A stretch of DNA of 64,000 nucleotides from an uncultured Gammaproteobacteria bacterium (GTDB lineage: Bacteria; Patescibacteriota; Microgenomatia; Levybacterales; UBA12049), in the NCBI GenBank assembly GCA_964521295.1, contig CAZFRF010000001.1, forward strand, positions 398,146-462,145. Direction: 5' to 3'. The notes below the pieces were generated by a model, which worked only from the letters and a program-made list of their open reading frames with translations, was not told the DNA's origin and ran no database searches. The position numbers and the translations under genes were made by a program. Of the stretch, positions 11,590 to 22,860 are shown piece by piece; position 1 is the first letter of the stretch; every line of letters begins with the position of its first letter.

Positions 11590-12292
11590 ATTTTAGGTTG
11601 AGTTCTTTCCAGAGATATAAACTTTCCTTAACTGCTCTAAGTATTACCCTAATATTACCGCCACTTTGGTCGCCAAAAATTCTAGGGTAGTGATTAACCT
11701 CAACCTGACTAATTTTTAAATGGTTTTTTTTGAGCTTCGCAAGGATCTCTGTTGTTATCATTGCACCCTCAGATTTAAGGGGTAAAATTTTTTCAACTGC
11801 TTCTTTCTTAAAAAGCTTGAATCCACAATCAATATCTTTAAAGTAGAAATTAAAGAAAATCAGATCCCAAATTTTTAACATATTCATTAAAATATGCCTA
11901 AAAGGATTATCTAATCTCTTTTTTCTAAACCCAATTACAACATCTGAGTTATCAATTTTTTCCATAAAGCGATCTATTTCAGCAAAGTCAAACTGACCAT
12001 CTCCATCATTGAAAACGATATATTTATACTTTGCAGTCTCAAATCCGGTTTTTAACGCTGCCCCATAACCTCTATTTTTCTTATGTGAAACTGAAACCAA
12101 CCTTTTATCTTTTTTTGATAATTGTTGCATTTTTTCCAATGTGGAATCTGAGGAGCCATCATCAACCATTATTATCTCCCATTTATCAGCTATCTTACTA
12201 ATCACTGGAATAGCTTTCTCAACAGTAGCTACAACATTTTGCTCTTCATTCCAGAAAGGGAAAAATAAACTCAGTTCGTCAAATTTTTTCAT
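11576..12292 (-). CDS. GT2 polyprenol-phosphate glycosyltransferase (DPM/DPG-synthase-like)
   Basis: VDDGSSD, NRGYGAAL, DGDGQF, DIDCGFKL. Confidence 0.8.
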   Translation of the reverse strand: MKKFDELSLFFPFWNEEQNVVATVEKAIPVISKIADKWEIIMVDDGSSDSTLEKMQQLSKKDKRLVSVSHKKNRGYGAALKTGFETAKYKYIVFNDGDGQFDFAEIDRFMEKIDNSDVVIGFRKKRLDNPFRHILMNMLKIWDLIFFNFYFKDIDCGFKLFKKEAVEKILPLKSEGAMITTEILAKLKKNHLKISQVEVNHYPRIFGDQSGGNIRVILRAVKESLYLWKELNLKYGRN

Positions 12293-13961
12293 CTTTAAAC
12301 CTAAAATAGATTATACCAACAATAAGTAGTATTAATCCAGATAGAGACATTATACTAGAAATTAATTCAATTTGCGTTTGTTTAAAATTAAAGACTATCT
12401 CATGATTACCTTTTTCTAAATTTAAGTCCATACCTCTTCTTGATTCACTAATACTCACTTCTTTGCCGTCTACATACGCTCTCCATGCAGGAAAATAGGC
12501 TATCGGAAATGTTACTCTTGCGTCTTTATCTACTACAACTTCAAGTCTAATATAACCGGTTTTCTTAGTAACAGAATTAGCTCTCAGGTTTTTTATGCTC
12601 CTAAGGTTTGCTATTTGATCAGAGGATGCTGGTAGTATAAATTTCTTTGGCATATATTCTTTCGATATTTTGGAAATTTCCCACTCAATATTTTTAATCG
12701 CAGTGTAATCCAAGGCTGTTTTATAATTAATGAATTGAGGCTGGAAAAATTTTAAATTTAATATTATTACCGCACCACAAATCAGAATTGAGATTAAATA
12801 ATAATTATTATTCTTTAAAAATTTTGAAATTAACCATAACAAAGAAGAAGAAATAAATGCTAAAAAGAAAGTTGTAATTATTAAAAATCTCCATGGATAT
12901 TGAAAGTATTCCATAGGCTTTAGTAAAGCCCAGAAAGAACTAGAAATTTCTAACATAAAAAACACGGAGGCTAAAGTAAATAAACTAAAGAGTAAAATTA
13001 TACTTATTTTCCCAAAATCTCTTATTCCATCCAACTTTCTTAATACCCCCAATACTAAAAGTAAAATTATACTTAATAATGGGAATATAATATGAAGCTT
13101 TCCAACCATATAAGAAATCCCATCGTAACAACCCTTGACAGATCCACCAAACCCCCAGTGACTTGACCAAAGTTGACTCAAGCAAACAAAATGATCCTTA
13201 TAATCTGCTCCACCACCAACCTGAGAAATTACGTTTGTATAATTAATTTCTATTAGTGCTGGTATAAAATAAAATGCTGAAATTAGGAGTCCAAAAGAAA
13301 AAGCTAAGATAAAATTTACAAGCGTTTGCTTCTTAATAATAATTAGATACAAAGAAAACAAAATCGCAAAAGGAAAAATCATTAGTGCAGTTAAATTATG
13401 TGAAAGCGTAACACCAGCCAATGCTAATGCTGGAATTAATACACTAGAGAATTTATTATCCAAATACAACTTATATAAACCATAAAAAAGTAAAGGAATA
13501 AATGCATACGCATAAAACTCCGTTACGTCTCCCCTAACATAAATATCAACGGCATGATATGGTGCATACAAATAAAGTATTGCAGCTAAAATTCCAGGAA
13601 ACTTACCAAAAACTTCTTTAGCAAACATATACATAAACACTCCTGATATCGATACGCCTAACATCATCATTAATTTAGTCGCCAACAAAGCATCTAACCC
13701 TAATAAACTAAATCCAGCTCCAACATAATAAGAAAGCGGAGCATAATAATTAAATATCGGATACCCAAAACCGAAACCCAAATCTTTTGTCCATCTAACT
13801 GGAAACTGTTGATCTTTTAATGCCTGTGTCATTTGAAATACTCTTGTAGGTTGAGTATCATCATGCATAGTAAAAAATCCTGTATTTAGTAAGGGTAGGA
13901 GTATTAAAATTGAAAACAGTAATATCAATAATAAAGGTGTAACTTTATTTAAAATTTTCAT
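12279..13961 (-). CDS. Multi-pass GT-C-like membrane protein (PTPS-related/YfhO-like)
   Basis: HD, FPVRW, GYPIFNYY, YVRGD..E, QYPWRF, YFPAW motifs. Confidence 0.7.
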   Translation of the reverse strand: MKILNKVTPLLLILLFSILILLPLLNTGFFTMHDDTQPTRVFQMTQALKDQQFPVRWTKDLGFGFGYPIFNYYAPLSYYVGAGFSLLGLDALLATKLMMMLGVSISGVFMYMFAKEVFGKFPGILAAILYLYAPYHAVDIYVRGDVTEFYAYAFIPLLFYGLYKLYLDNKFSSVLIPALALAGVTLSHNLTALMIFPFAILFSLYLIIIKKQTLVNFILAFSFGLLISAFYFIPALIEINYTNVISQVGGGADYKDHFVCLSQLWSSHWGFGGSVKGCYDGISYMVGKLHIIFPLLSIILLLVLGVLRKLDGIRDFGKISIILLFSLFTLASVFFMLEISSSFWALLKPMEYFQYPWRFLIITTFFLAFISSSLLWLISKFLKNNNYYLISILICGAVIILNLKFFQPQFINYKTALDYTAIKNIEWEISKISKEYMPKKFILPASSDQIANLRSIKNLRANSVTKKTGYIRLEVVVDKDARVTFPIAYFPAWRAYVDGKEVSISESRRGMDLNLEKGNHEIVFNFKQTQIELISSIMSLSGLILLIVGIIYFRFKDEKI

Positions 13962-15514
13962 TTTATAAAATTATATCTTTTTATTATAAATAATAAATAA
14001 ACTAATAATAAACCTCCGCTTATAAAAGAGATTAAATTTGCAATAATCCTAAGCATTGTTTCCTTAAAACTAACGACAACATAATTTTCCCCAGGATCTA
14101 AATTTAAAATTATAAGTCCATTACCATCTAGATAACTTATTTCTGTATTCCTACCATTTATCACTGCTTCCCAACCAGGAAAATAAATTGTATTAACTCT
14201 AATTTTTGCTACTTTCTCGTTAATAATTTTAAAAATTATTTGATTGGGTTTATTCTTTAATATCTCTACTTGCTCTTTAGTGGAAATATTTTCAACTTTT
14301 TGTGGATTATAATTCCCTAAATTTCTTACCCATATTGGCATATACTCATTCTTAACAGTTGTCGTATCTTGATTTGTTGAATAAAACGAATCAGGATAGT
14401 TTTGATAAGTTGTTACGTTTATAAACGGAATTGCCGAAAGAATGAATATTCCAGAAATTAAAATAGCTAAAATAATCTGAATATTTTTCTTAAACTGGCT
14501 TACGATAAACGCTGCTAAAAACGCTATGGAAATAATTAAGATAGACAAAATCCTAAAGGGAAATTGAATAAACGAAACAGGAAGAAAACTCCACAGGAGA
14601 TTACTAACCGGCAGGGATATAAAAATTGCAATAATTGATAAACATATAAAAAATAATACTGATTTATTTCCTAAAATCTTAATTTTTCTTTTTACATATA
14701 ACAAAATTGCAGTAAATATTATTGCAATACTAAAAATGCCTATTAGATTAATGTCTGCAAAATAATTTCCATAATCAGAAATTTTAATGCTAGAAAAAAC
14801 AGTATATTGTAAATCAAAAACTGCAGGTATCCAGAAAAAACTAGATAGACCAAGTCCCAATACAGCACTAAAAATATATTTACTCAATACTTTATAAGAA
14901 TCTTTAACGCTAATATTTTCAATTAGCGTATAAGGAATGATGACAAGAAGAAATAGTATCGCTAATGTATTATGAGCTAAAATTAATAAACTAACTCCGA
15001 TTGAAATCCCTAGAATACTTTTTCTCTTTATTTGCCATAGCAAAAATGGAAACACTGCTAATGCTAAAACTTCCCCAACTGATCCTCTTTTGTAAACATC
15101 ATACATGTGGTAAGGAAAATAGATATAAACAATTGATCCCACCAAAGCAGAAATAGAATCAAAATATTTTTTTAACCAATAAAATGCAAATACACCCGAC
15201 AAAACTATACTCAAGATAAGAATAATTTTTATCGTTTCAACTAAGCCCACACCCATCAAATGAATGGGGCTTCCTAGATACATAAATAAAGGATATAAAA
15301 AATTAGCAACAGGATAGCCATAACCATTATTTAGTTGACCTAGAAATCTAACTGGAAATTCTCCAGCACTAAGAGCACTATAAAAAGCTGAAAACCTAAT
15401 AATCATCCAATTGCCGTCATCGGTTAGAGGAAAACCTGAATTTAGTAAATTAAATATTGCGGGTATACTACTTAAGATAATAAAAAGGATAATAAAAAAA
15501 TTTTTTTTAATCAT
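13958..15514 (-). CDS. Multi-pass GT-C-like membrane protein (PTPS-related/YfhO-like)
   Basis: Paralog of 12279-13961: DD, FPVRF, GYGYP, YKRGS..E, QFPFR, EYMP, YFPGW. Confidence 0.7.
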   Translation of the reverse strand: MIKKNFFIILFIILSSIPAIFNLLNSGFPLTDDGNWMIIRFSAFYSALSAGEFPVRFLGQLNNGYGYPVANFLYPLFMYLGSPIHLMGVGLVETIKIILILSIVLSGVFAFYWLKKYFDSISALVGSIVYIYFPYHMYDVYKRGSVGEVLALAVFPFLLWQIKRKSILGISIGVSLLILAHNTLAILFLLVIIPYTLIENISVKDSYKVLSKYIFSAVLGLGLSSFFWIPAVFDLQYTVFSSIKISDYGNYFADINLIGIFSIAIIFTAILLYVKRKIKILGNKSVLFFICLSIIAIFISLPVSNLLWSFLPVSFIQFPFRILSILIISIAFLAAFIVSQFKKNIQIILAILISGIFILSAIPFINVTTYQNYPDSFYSTNQDTTTVKNEYMPIWVRNLGNYNPQKVENISTKEQVEILKNKPNQIIFKIINEKVAKIRVNTIYFPGWEAVINGRNTEISYLDGNGLIILNLDPGENYVVVSFKETMLRIIANLISFISGGLLLVYLLFIIKRYNFIK

Positions 15515-15620
15515 TAAAAATCAGAAGTTTAAGCATAGTTTACAGTAATAACTAAGTTTATTCAAATAAATAGTCTGATACTTTATTTTGGGGTTAATTT
15601 AATATACTATTAAGCTAATA

Positions 15621-17288
15621 ATGAATTTATTAAATTTTATTAAAGCTAATTTAGTTTTAATCTTAATCTTTATTGCCGCACTTTTTCTAAGAACATATCA
15701 GCTCGGAGATTTTCCAGTTGGACTGCATGGAGATGAAGCCAGTATTGGATATAACGCATACTCAATTTATCAAACTCATAAGGATCAAGATGGTAAAAAT
15801 TCTTTAGCAATTGATCAATTTGGAGATTTTAGACCAGCTGGATACCATTATATAGATGCTCCTTTTATTGGTCTAGGGGTAAATGAAACAGCAGTAAGGC
15901 TTCCGGCAGCACTATTTGGAACTTTAAATGTTCTGTTAGTTTACTTCTTGGTTAATCTTATTTTTAAAAGAAAACAAATCGCACTCTTAAGCGCAGGCTT
16001 ATTGGCTATACTTCCCTGGGATATTAATATTTCCAGGGCAACTTCAGAGAGTATAATTGCCGCATTTTTCGTAACCTTAGGCGTTATTCTACTTTTACTT
16101 GGAATTGAAAAGAAAGGGAAGAGTTTTATCTTGTTTTTGCTCAGCACCATTTTTGTTCTAACCAGTTTTCTCTTTTATCATGCCGCAAGATATTTTACAA
16201 TTTTAATTATTCCTTCGATAACACTAATAACTTTTTTAAATAATAGAAAAAAAGCAATTGCACCCTTAATAATTACCGTCTGTGTATTTATAGGTTTAGT
16301 CTTTTTCCTTAGCGTTGGCAAAGGAACGGGAAGAGTTTCGGAAGTAAGTTTACTTTCAATTCCTGGTGGAACTACAGCTTTAAAACACGCAATGGATCAA
16401 GAAGGAACGGCTAATCCACTGATCACACGTTTCTATAGTAATAAACTACTTTATTACGGAAGATTTTTCATTACTTTTTACTCTCAACATCTTTCCGGAG
16501 ATTTCTTATTTGTTAATACTGGTCTGCCAATCAGATATTTCATACCGCAAACCGGAAATCTTTACCTAGTACAGGCACCCTTTCTTATCTTAGGCCTAGC
16601 ATTTTTAATCTATGAAGGATTAAAAAATAAAAAATATAATTATTTAATTCCAATTATTTGGTTATTTTTAGCACCAATCCCAGCAGGGCTTACCTGGGAA
16701 GATTTACCAAATGTACAACGATCAATGTTTATGATTATCCCACTGGTTATTATTTCTGCATTTGGATTCTATGAATTAATTAACATGTTGAACAAAAAAA
16801 TTAAGTATCCAGTTATTATTTTCTGTGCTCTACTACTTACATATGGATTCTTAATTTTTTACCACAATTATTTTTGGAGAATGAAAATTGAAGAGCCATG
16901 GCACAGAGGCTATGCGGCCAAAGAACTGGTCGTAACAATTCAAATTATTACTGAACAAAATCCTAAAGCCAAATTTATTATGACAGCTCAAAATTACAAT
17001 AACTTCATATTTTATCTATTCTTCTCAAAATTTGATCCAAAAAGGTTTCAAGAATTAGGTTCACCAAAAGAACATGATGGCTTACAATTTGAAAACTTAA
17101 CATATCTAAATGATGGTTGTCCGTTAAAAGAGAACATGGGAGATACGCAAATGAAAGACCCCAATCTATACTTTGTTAATAAACCCGATTGCCCACTACC
17201 AAGTAGTGCTGAAATTTTGAATGTTATAAGAACTTCAGACGGAATACCTGCATTAAATGTAATTAAGATCCGACAAAATGAGAAGTAA
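15621..17288 (+). CDS. ArnT/PMT-like GT-C glycosyltransferase
   Basis: DEASIGYNAYSI motif, AVRLPAALFG, many TMs. Confidence 0.8.
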   Translation: MNLLNFIKANLVLILIFIAALFLRTYQLGDFPVGLHGDEASIGYNAYSIYQTHKDQDGKNSLAIDQFGDFRPAGYHYIDAPFIGLGVNETAVRLPAALFGTLNVLLVYFLVNLIFKRKQIALLSAGLLAILPWDINISRATSESIIAAFFVTLGVILLLLGIEKKGKSFILFLLSTIFVLTSFLFYHAARYFTILIIPSITLITFLNNRKKAIAPLIITVCVFIGLVFFLSVGKGTGRVSEVSLLSIPGGTTALKHAMDQEGTANPLITRFYSNKLLYYGRFFITFYSQHLSGDFLFVNTGLPIRYFIPQTGNLYLVQAPFLILGLAFLIYEGLKNKKYNYLIPIIWLFLAPIPAGLTWEDLPNVQRSMFMIIPLVIISAFGFYELINMLNKKIKYPVIIFCALLLTYGFLIFYHNYFWRMKIEEPWHRGYAAKELVVTIQIITEQNPKAKFIMTAQNYNNFIFYLFFSKFDPKRFQELGSPKEHDGLQFENLTYLNDGCPLKENMGDTQMKDPNLYFVNKPDCPLPSSAEILNVIRTSDGIPALNVIKIRQNEK

Positions 17289-19626
17289 TTGGATAAAATC
17301 TCCACTTTTTATCTTTACAATAATTGTTTTATTATTCTTTTTTAAATTTTTTATCCTAGGCAAAATACCTCTAGCTGCTGATCTTTTAATCTCAGAATAT
17401 AATCCCTGGAAACAATATTCATTCTTAGGCTACAACCCCGGAACCTTCCCCTCTAAATTTCAATACGGAGATGTAATTCATCAACTATATCCTTGGAAAA
17501 CTTTTACAATTGAGTCTTTTAAAAATTTAACCACTCCCCTTTGGAATCCCTACAACTTTTCTGGACATCCATTCCTGGCAGATATTCAGTCAGCAGTATT
17601 TCAACCTCTGAATCTTTTATATTTAATCCTCTCTCAACCCTTCGCATGGGGACTAACAATTGCCCTACAGCCCTTCATAGCCTTAATGGGAACATATCTA
17701 TTTGGAAGAAAAATTGGCTTAAAAAAAGAAGCTGCGATTTTTTCCTCTATTGCCTACGCCTTTTCATTATATATGACGACTTTCCTTGAGTACAATACAA
17801 TGGGTCATGTAATCGCAATCTTACCACTCATTTTATATGGAATTGAATTAATACTTCTAAAAAATAAATTTATAGGAATTTTAATATTTTCTTTATCAAT
17901 TGTTTATGCAATTTTTGCTGGACATATTCAACTTGCGGGCTTTAATATTCTCTTTGCAATTATTTATGCTTTATTTAGATTAAGTACTACAAAAGATAAG
18001 CTTAAGCACAGTCTACTTCTTTTTATCTCATTTACTATTTCTTTACTAATTGCATCTATTCAGTTATTACCCACGCTAGAACTACTTAGCTTAGCTGCAA
18101 GAATGAATCAGAATTACCAATTCTTAATCGAAAAGTTATTACTACAACCTTTCCAATCAATATTGTTTTTCTCACCTGATTTTTTTGGAAATCCAGCAAC
18201 TGGCAACTATAGAATAGCTGATTCATATCCTGGAAATTCTATTTATATAGGCTTAGCTACTGTTATTCTTGCGATCAGTTCAATAATATTAATTAAAAAA
18301 AATAATTTTATTAAATTTTTTATATTTATGTCTTGCCTATTTATCCTTCTATTTTTTAGAAATCCACTATCAGAAATGTTTTTCAAAATTAATATACCTT
18401 TTTTCTCAACAGGTTCTCCAACTAATGCTATTTACCTTTTAAGTTTTTGCCTTTCCCTTTTGGCAGGATTTGGAATTGAAAATTTAAAAAACAAAAATAA
18501 ATTACTGCTCTTTCTCTCTTTAATTATTATTTGCTTTCTGGGTATAAATAGTTTTATTTTTAAAGATTTAGTTAACAGTAAAAACTTAATATTATCTTTA
18601 CTCTTGTCATTTGCAATATTAACAATTTTAATAGTAAATAATTTTAATAAAGTAAAACACACAATTATAATCACTATTTTTACAATAATTACAGTTATTG
18701 ATCTTTTCTTTTATTTCCAAAAATTTAACTCATTTGTCCCTAAAGAGATTATTTTCCCAGACACAAAAATATTCAGTTATATCCAACAGAATTCTGGAAT
18801 TAATAGGATTTGGGGGTATAAAGATGCAAATCTAGAGCCCAATTTTAATACTCAATATAAAATTTTTTCAGCTGAAGGAACAGATCCTCTTTATCCTAAA
18901 TCATATGGAGAGATTATTAAAGCTTCTTATAAGGGAGATGTTAATGTAGATTTTTCTAATCAAACAAGATCTGATGCAATAATTTCTCAACATAATTTTG
19001 GTTTTACAAATCCTTTCCGAAGTAAAATACTCCAACTTACAGGAACAAAATATATTCTGGATATAAAAAATAGCACACAAGATAATTTCCCAATAGATGA
19101 ATATAACATTATCTACGAAGAAGCTCTCTGGAGAGTGTTAAAAGATTCAAAAGCAGCAGAAAGAATTTTTTTTGCAAAAAAATTAAATTATTATTCTAAT
19201 TCAGAAGAGTTTGCTAATAAATTCTTCAACTCAAACTTTAATGTTCAACAAGATATATTAATTGAAAACAATTCATATCCTAAAAATTATTTAGATAAAA
19301 TTGACAATAATCCAAAATATAAATTGATCGAATATTCACCAAACCAAATTATTATCAATACTCAAAGTAAAACTAAACAAATCTTATTTATTTCTGATAC
19401 CTATTATCCAGGCTGGAAAGCTACAGTTGATAATCAGGAAACTAAAATCGTAAAAACCAATTTTGCATTTAGATCTGTTGCCATTCCCCAAGGACAGCAT
19501 ACCGTAAAAATGATTTATAATCCAAATTCATTTAGAAATGGGTTTTATCTAACAATACTAGGATTTGCAGGTCTAGTTATTTTATGTATACTTTACTTTA
19601 GGAATGAATATTTTAAAAAGGACTAA
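17278..19626 (+). CDS. YfhO-family multi-pass membrane protein (putative GT-C)
   Basis: PLWNPYNFSGHP, PDFFGNP, TYYPGWKATVD. Confidence 0.8.
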   Translation: MRSNWIKSPLFIFTIIVLLFFFKFFILGKIPLAADLLISEYNPWKQYSFLGYNPGTFPSKFQYGDVIHQLYPWKTFTIESFKNLTTPLWNPYNFSGHPFLADIQSAVFQPLNLLYLILSQPFAWGLTIALQPFIALMGTYLFGRKIGLKKEAAIFSSIAYAFSLYMTTFLEYNTMGHVIAILPLILYGIELILLKNKFIGILIFSLSIVYAIFAGHIQLAGFNILFAIIYALFRLSTTKDKLKHSLLLFISFTISLLIASIQLLPTLELLSLAARMNQNYQFLIEKLLLQPFQSILFFSPDFFGNPATGNYRIADSYPGNSIYIGLATVILAISSIILIKKNNFIKFFIFMSCLFILLFFRNPLSEMFFKINIPFFSTGSPTNAIYLLSFCLSLLAGFGIENLKNKNKLLLFLSLIIICFLGINSFIFKDLVNSKNLILSLLLSFAILTILIVNNFNKVKHTIIITIFTIITVIDLFFYFQKFNSFVPKEIIFPDTKIFSYIQQNSGINRIWGYKDANLEPNFNTQYKIFSAEGTDPLYPKSYGEIIKASYKGDVNVDFSNQTRSDAIISQHNFGFTNPFRSKILQLTGTKYILDIKNSTQDNFPIDEYNIIYEEALWRVLKDSKAAERIFFAKKLNYYSNSEEFANKFFNSNFNVQQDILIENNSYPKNYLDKIDNNPKYKLIEYSPNQIIINTQSKTKQILFISDTYYPGWKATVDNQETKIVKTNFAFRSVAIPQGQHTVKMIYNPNSFRNGFYLTILGFAGLVILCILYFRNEYFKKD

Positions 19627-21310
19627 TTTAATCATTATTATTGCTTCAATAATTATCTTAGCAGTAGGATTATTTTTCAGAATTTATAAATTGGATTCAA
19701 TTCCACCCGGTCTTTATCAAGATGAAACAGCAATTGGCTACAACGCCTACTCAATACTTAAAACTGGGGCAGATGAATATGGTAAAAATCTACCTTTATA
19801 CTTTAAATCTTTTGGCGACTATAAACTTCCTGTTTATATCTATTCAACTATACCGTCGATTATAATCTTTGGACTAAATGCTTTTGCTGTCAGATTCCCT
19901 TCTGCCCTATTCGGCTTCTTAACCCTGCCTCTAGTGGGTCTTTTGATGCTTAGATTTACTAAGAATAAATATTTCGCTCTAGTCTCTATGGCTATCTTGT
20001 CGATACTACCTTGGCACCTACACTACAACCGCGCAACCTTTGAAGTAAGCATTTCGCTCTTTTTATTTACTCTAGGAATTTATTTCTTACATAAAGCTTT
20101 TATTGATCAAAAACCAAAAGGTCTATTTTTACTAGGAACTATTTCGTTTATATTGGGTCTTTACACATATAACTTAACCAGACTACTTGCTCCCCTTATC
20201 TATATCTTAGTTTTAGTGTTTTTTAGAAAAAAAATAAGCCAAATAAATAAAGCAGAAATTATTCTAACGTCTGTAACTGGTTTTGTTTTACTAATTCCTG
20301 TTTTACTTACATTTTTTCAAAACGGAGGATCATCATCTGCCTCTGGAACATTAATCTTTTCAAGCGCTGCTGTACAAGCTCCACTTCTTGAATTTAGATC
20401 TTTTTTAGTTAATTCAAATGTACCCTTTATTGGAATGCTTTTTAATAAACTATTCCTAACAAGTTGGCAGTATTTGAATAATATTACAACCTATTTCTCT
20501 GTAGATTTCTTTTTCCTAAAAGGCTCTTTACATGGCAATCACGGAATAGGAAATTTTGGAGAATTCTACATAATACAACTTCCTTTCCTTATCTATGGAA
20601 TAGTTACAATTATTAGAAAAAAACTTGAATGGGGATATTTACTTATTGCCTGGGCAATATTAACTATTTTAACAGCGGCATTAACCAGAGATGTACCACA
20701 TGCTACTAGAAGTTTTTTCCTAATTCTGCCCTGCGTTGGATTTATTACGCTCGGCGTCTTTGAAGCTTTTAATTATCTTAAAACTCAAAAGAAATCACTG
20801 CAGTACTTAGCACTTTTTATTATTATTACCTTATCAACATATAATATAATTTATTACTTTAGTTCTTACTATTTTAGATTTCCTGTTGTGTACGCTAAGG
20901 CTTGGAGTTATTCAGATAAAGAATTAGTTAATTACTTAAAGCCCTTGGTTAATAGCTATGATCAGATTATCATTGATCCTAGCGGCCCAAAATATACATC
21001 CCTACTGTTTTACCTGGAATACTCACCTAAAGATTTTCAAGAAAGCTCTATTAGAGCCCGAGATGATTCGGAAGGATTTAGCGAAGTTAAATCTTTTGGT
21101 AAATTTATTTTTAAAAATATCGACTGGAATAATGATCTAAATTCACTAAATACACTACTAATTGCTAGCGCAGATAAAGTCCCTGGAAATGCCAAGGTAA
21201 TCAAAACATTTACGCTACCACAAAGGCCCGTTGTTATCCCTAAAGGACAGGAAATACTTAGCTTTCCAACAACAGACACAAGCTACGCAATAGTGGAAAC
21301 CGCAAGATAA
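19604..21310 (+). CDS. ArnT/PMT-like GT-C glycosyltransferase
   Basis: DETAIGYNAYSI, SFGDYK, AVRFPSALFG. Confidence 0.8.
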   Translation: MNILKRTNLIIIIASIIILAVGLFFRIYKLDSIPPGLYQDETAIGYNAYSILKTGADEYGKNLPLYFKSFGDYKLPVYIYSTIPSIIIFGLNAFAVRFPSALFGFLTLPLVGLLMLRFTKNKYFALVSMAILSILPWHLHYNRATFEVSISLFLFTLGIYFLHKAFIDQKPKGLFLLGTISFILGLYTYNLTRLLAPLIYILVLVFFRKKISQINKAEIILTSVTGFVLLIPVLLTFFQNGGSSSASGTLIFSSAAVQAPLLEFRSFLVNSNVPFIGMLFNKLFLTSWQYLNNITTYFSVDFFFLKGSLHGNHGIGNFGEFYIIQLPFLIYGIVTIIRKKLEWGYLLIAWAILTILTAALTRDVPHATRSFFLILPCVGFITLGVFEAFNYLKTQKKSLQYLALFIIITLSTYNIIYYFSSYYFRFPVVYAKAWSYSDKELVNYLKPLVNSYDQIIIDPSGPKYTSLLFYLEYSPKDFQESSIRARDDSEGFSEVKSFGKFIFKNIDWNNDLNSLNTLLIASADKVPGNAKVIKTFTLPQRPVVIPKGQEILSFPTTDTSYAIVETAR

Positions 21311-21313
21311 AAC

Positions 21314-22837
21314 TTATTGAGGAATAACTTTATAGAGTTGATAGTAAAAATCTGTATTCCCTTGCCTAACCTGAAAAACCAGTTTTAAAGGATATTTAGG
21401 AACGTTATCTCGATTTGCATCTTGATAAAAAACAAAATATGTTGGCATTTCTTTTGCTTTATCTAAAACTTCCTGAGGAAATTTATCTACAGGCCAATAG
21501 CCTTTAATAGCAATGTTTTTATTGTTCACGAGGTACATTTCAAGCCCGGCCGGCATTAAACCAAAAGTGCCTTCTGTTGCAACGAAAATTTTACCAGATA
21601 GCGCTTGATTCCTAAAATAATCTACGCTTTCTTTTAATCCCCAACCTGCGGCCCAACTATTAATGTATTGATTATTATCTGCCTTAGCTATTCTTGAATT
21701 TACTGGATCAATTGCGAACTGTAAGGAAACAAATCCTGAATAAATTACAAATATTAATACTAAAGAAATAGTTAAAATTACATCAGCTTTTTTAAACTTT
21801 ACTGTTTTTTCAATAAAATCTATTAAGTAATTTAAACCATAAGCGCAAAGTGGCAAAAGCATAACTGTCATAAAAAATATAAAACGAGGGAAAATTACTT
21901 TTCCAAAAAGAGCTAGTGCTAAAAAAGGAAGTAAAAAATAAACAGTTAAGATAATTTTTTCTTTAAAAAATTTAAAGATTGTTAAATAAGCTACTATCAA
22001 AAGCACTAAATAAGGAAGCTTTAAATACTGAACAAACCAACTAGCTAATCCATTGAAATTACCAATGAAAAAAGTAAATGGATGCATTAACCATTCTGAA
22101 AAAGGATAAACAAAAACGGCATTCTTTGCCTGTATCATTTGAAATAAAGGCGATAGTCTTAAAAGATTGTACATTCCATAAGCAATTATTACGGAAAACC
22201 CTAAATATAAAATTGTTTTAACTAATTTCTGAATAGAATTTTTTTCTTTATAATTAATTAAAATAAGAAGAACCGGTAAAAGATAAATATTAAAAAAATT
22301 AGTCGATTTAGTAAGCACTCCTGCTCCGATTAATAGGCCTAAGGTATATGCTAGGTCAAGTCTTAATTTTCTAACTAAAAGTACTGAAAAATACACAGAC
22401 CAGGTAAAAAATGCAGCAACTAAACTATCATACAAGGCCATTCTGTCTAAAACTTGGGCAAATGGGAAAAATACGTATAGAATTGATGATAAGAAAGCAA
22501 TTTTCTTACTCTTAAAAAGTTCAAAAGTCAGAAGCCATAAGCCTATGAGAGTAGCAAATCCCCCAAAAACAGAAACTAATCTCCCAGCTATTAAAGGGTC
22601 AGATACAACTTTTAGGAAAATCATCGCAAACCAAACATACATTGGCTGCTTTCCATCAGTTAAAGAAATAAATCTCCAGGAAGAATCTTGCAGAGCTATT
22701 TGCGACCATCTAATATAAATCGCCTCGTCAGTAAAAAGAGGCATACGATCTAGAAAAAGTAGCCTTAATAAAAAATAAATAATACCAATGCTAAAAAAGA
22801 GTCCTATTTCTTTTTTGTATTTTAAAATTAACTGCAT
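21314..22837 (-). CDS. ArnT/PMT-like GT-C glycosyltransferase
   Basis: FTDEAIYIRW, DGKQP, DRMALYD; many TMs. Confidence 0.75.
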   Translation of the reverse strand: MQLILKYKKEIGLFFSIGIIYFLLRLLFLDRMPLFTDEAIYIRWSQIALQDSSWRFISLTDGKQPMYVWFAMIFLKVVSDPLIAGRLVSVFGGFATLIGLWLLTFELFKSKKIAFLSSILYVFFPFAQVLDRMALYDSLVAAFFTWSVYFSVLLVRKLRLDLAYTLGLLIGAGVLTKSTNFFNIYLLPVLLILINYKEKNSIQKLVKTILYLGFSVIIAYGMYNLLRLSPLFQMIQAKNAVFVYPFSEWLMHPFTFFIGNFNGLASWFVQYLKLPYLVLLIVAYLTIFKFFKEKIILTVYFLLPFLALALFGKVIFPRFIFFMTVMLLPLCAYGLNYLIDFIEKTVKFKKADVILTISLVLIFVIYSGFVSLQFAIDPVNSRIAKADNNQYINSWAAGWGLKESVDYFRNQALSGKIFVATEGTFGLMPAGLEMYLVNNKNIAIKGYWPVDKFPQEVLDKAKEMPTYFVFYQDANRDNVPKYPLKLVFQVRQGNTDFYYQLYKVIPQ

Positions 22838-22860
22838 AAAAAAATTATAGTAAAATCTAC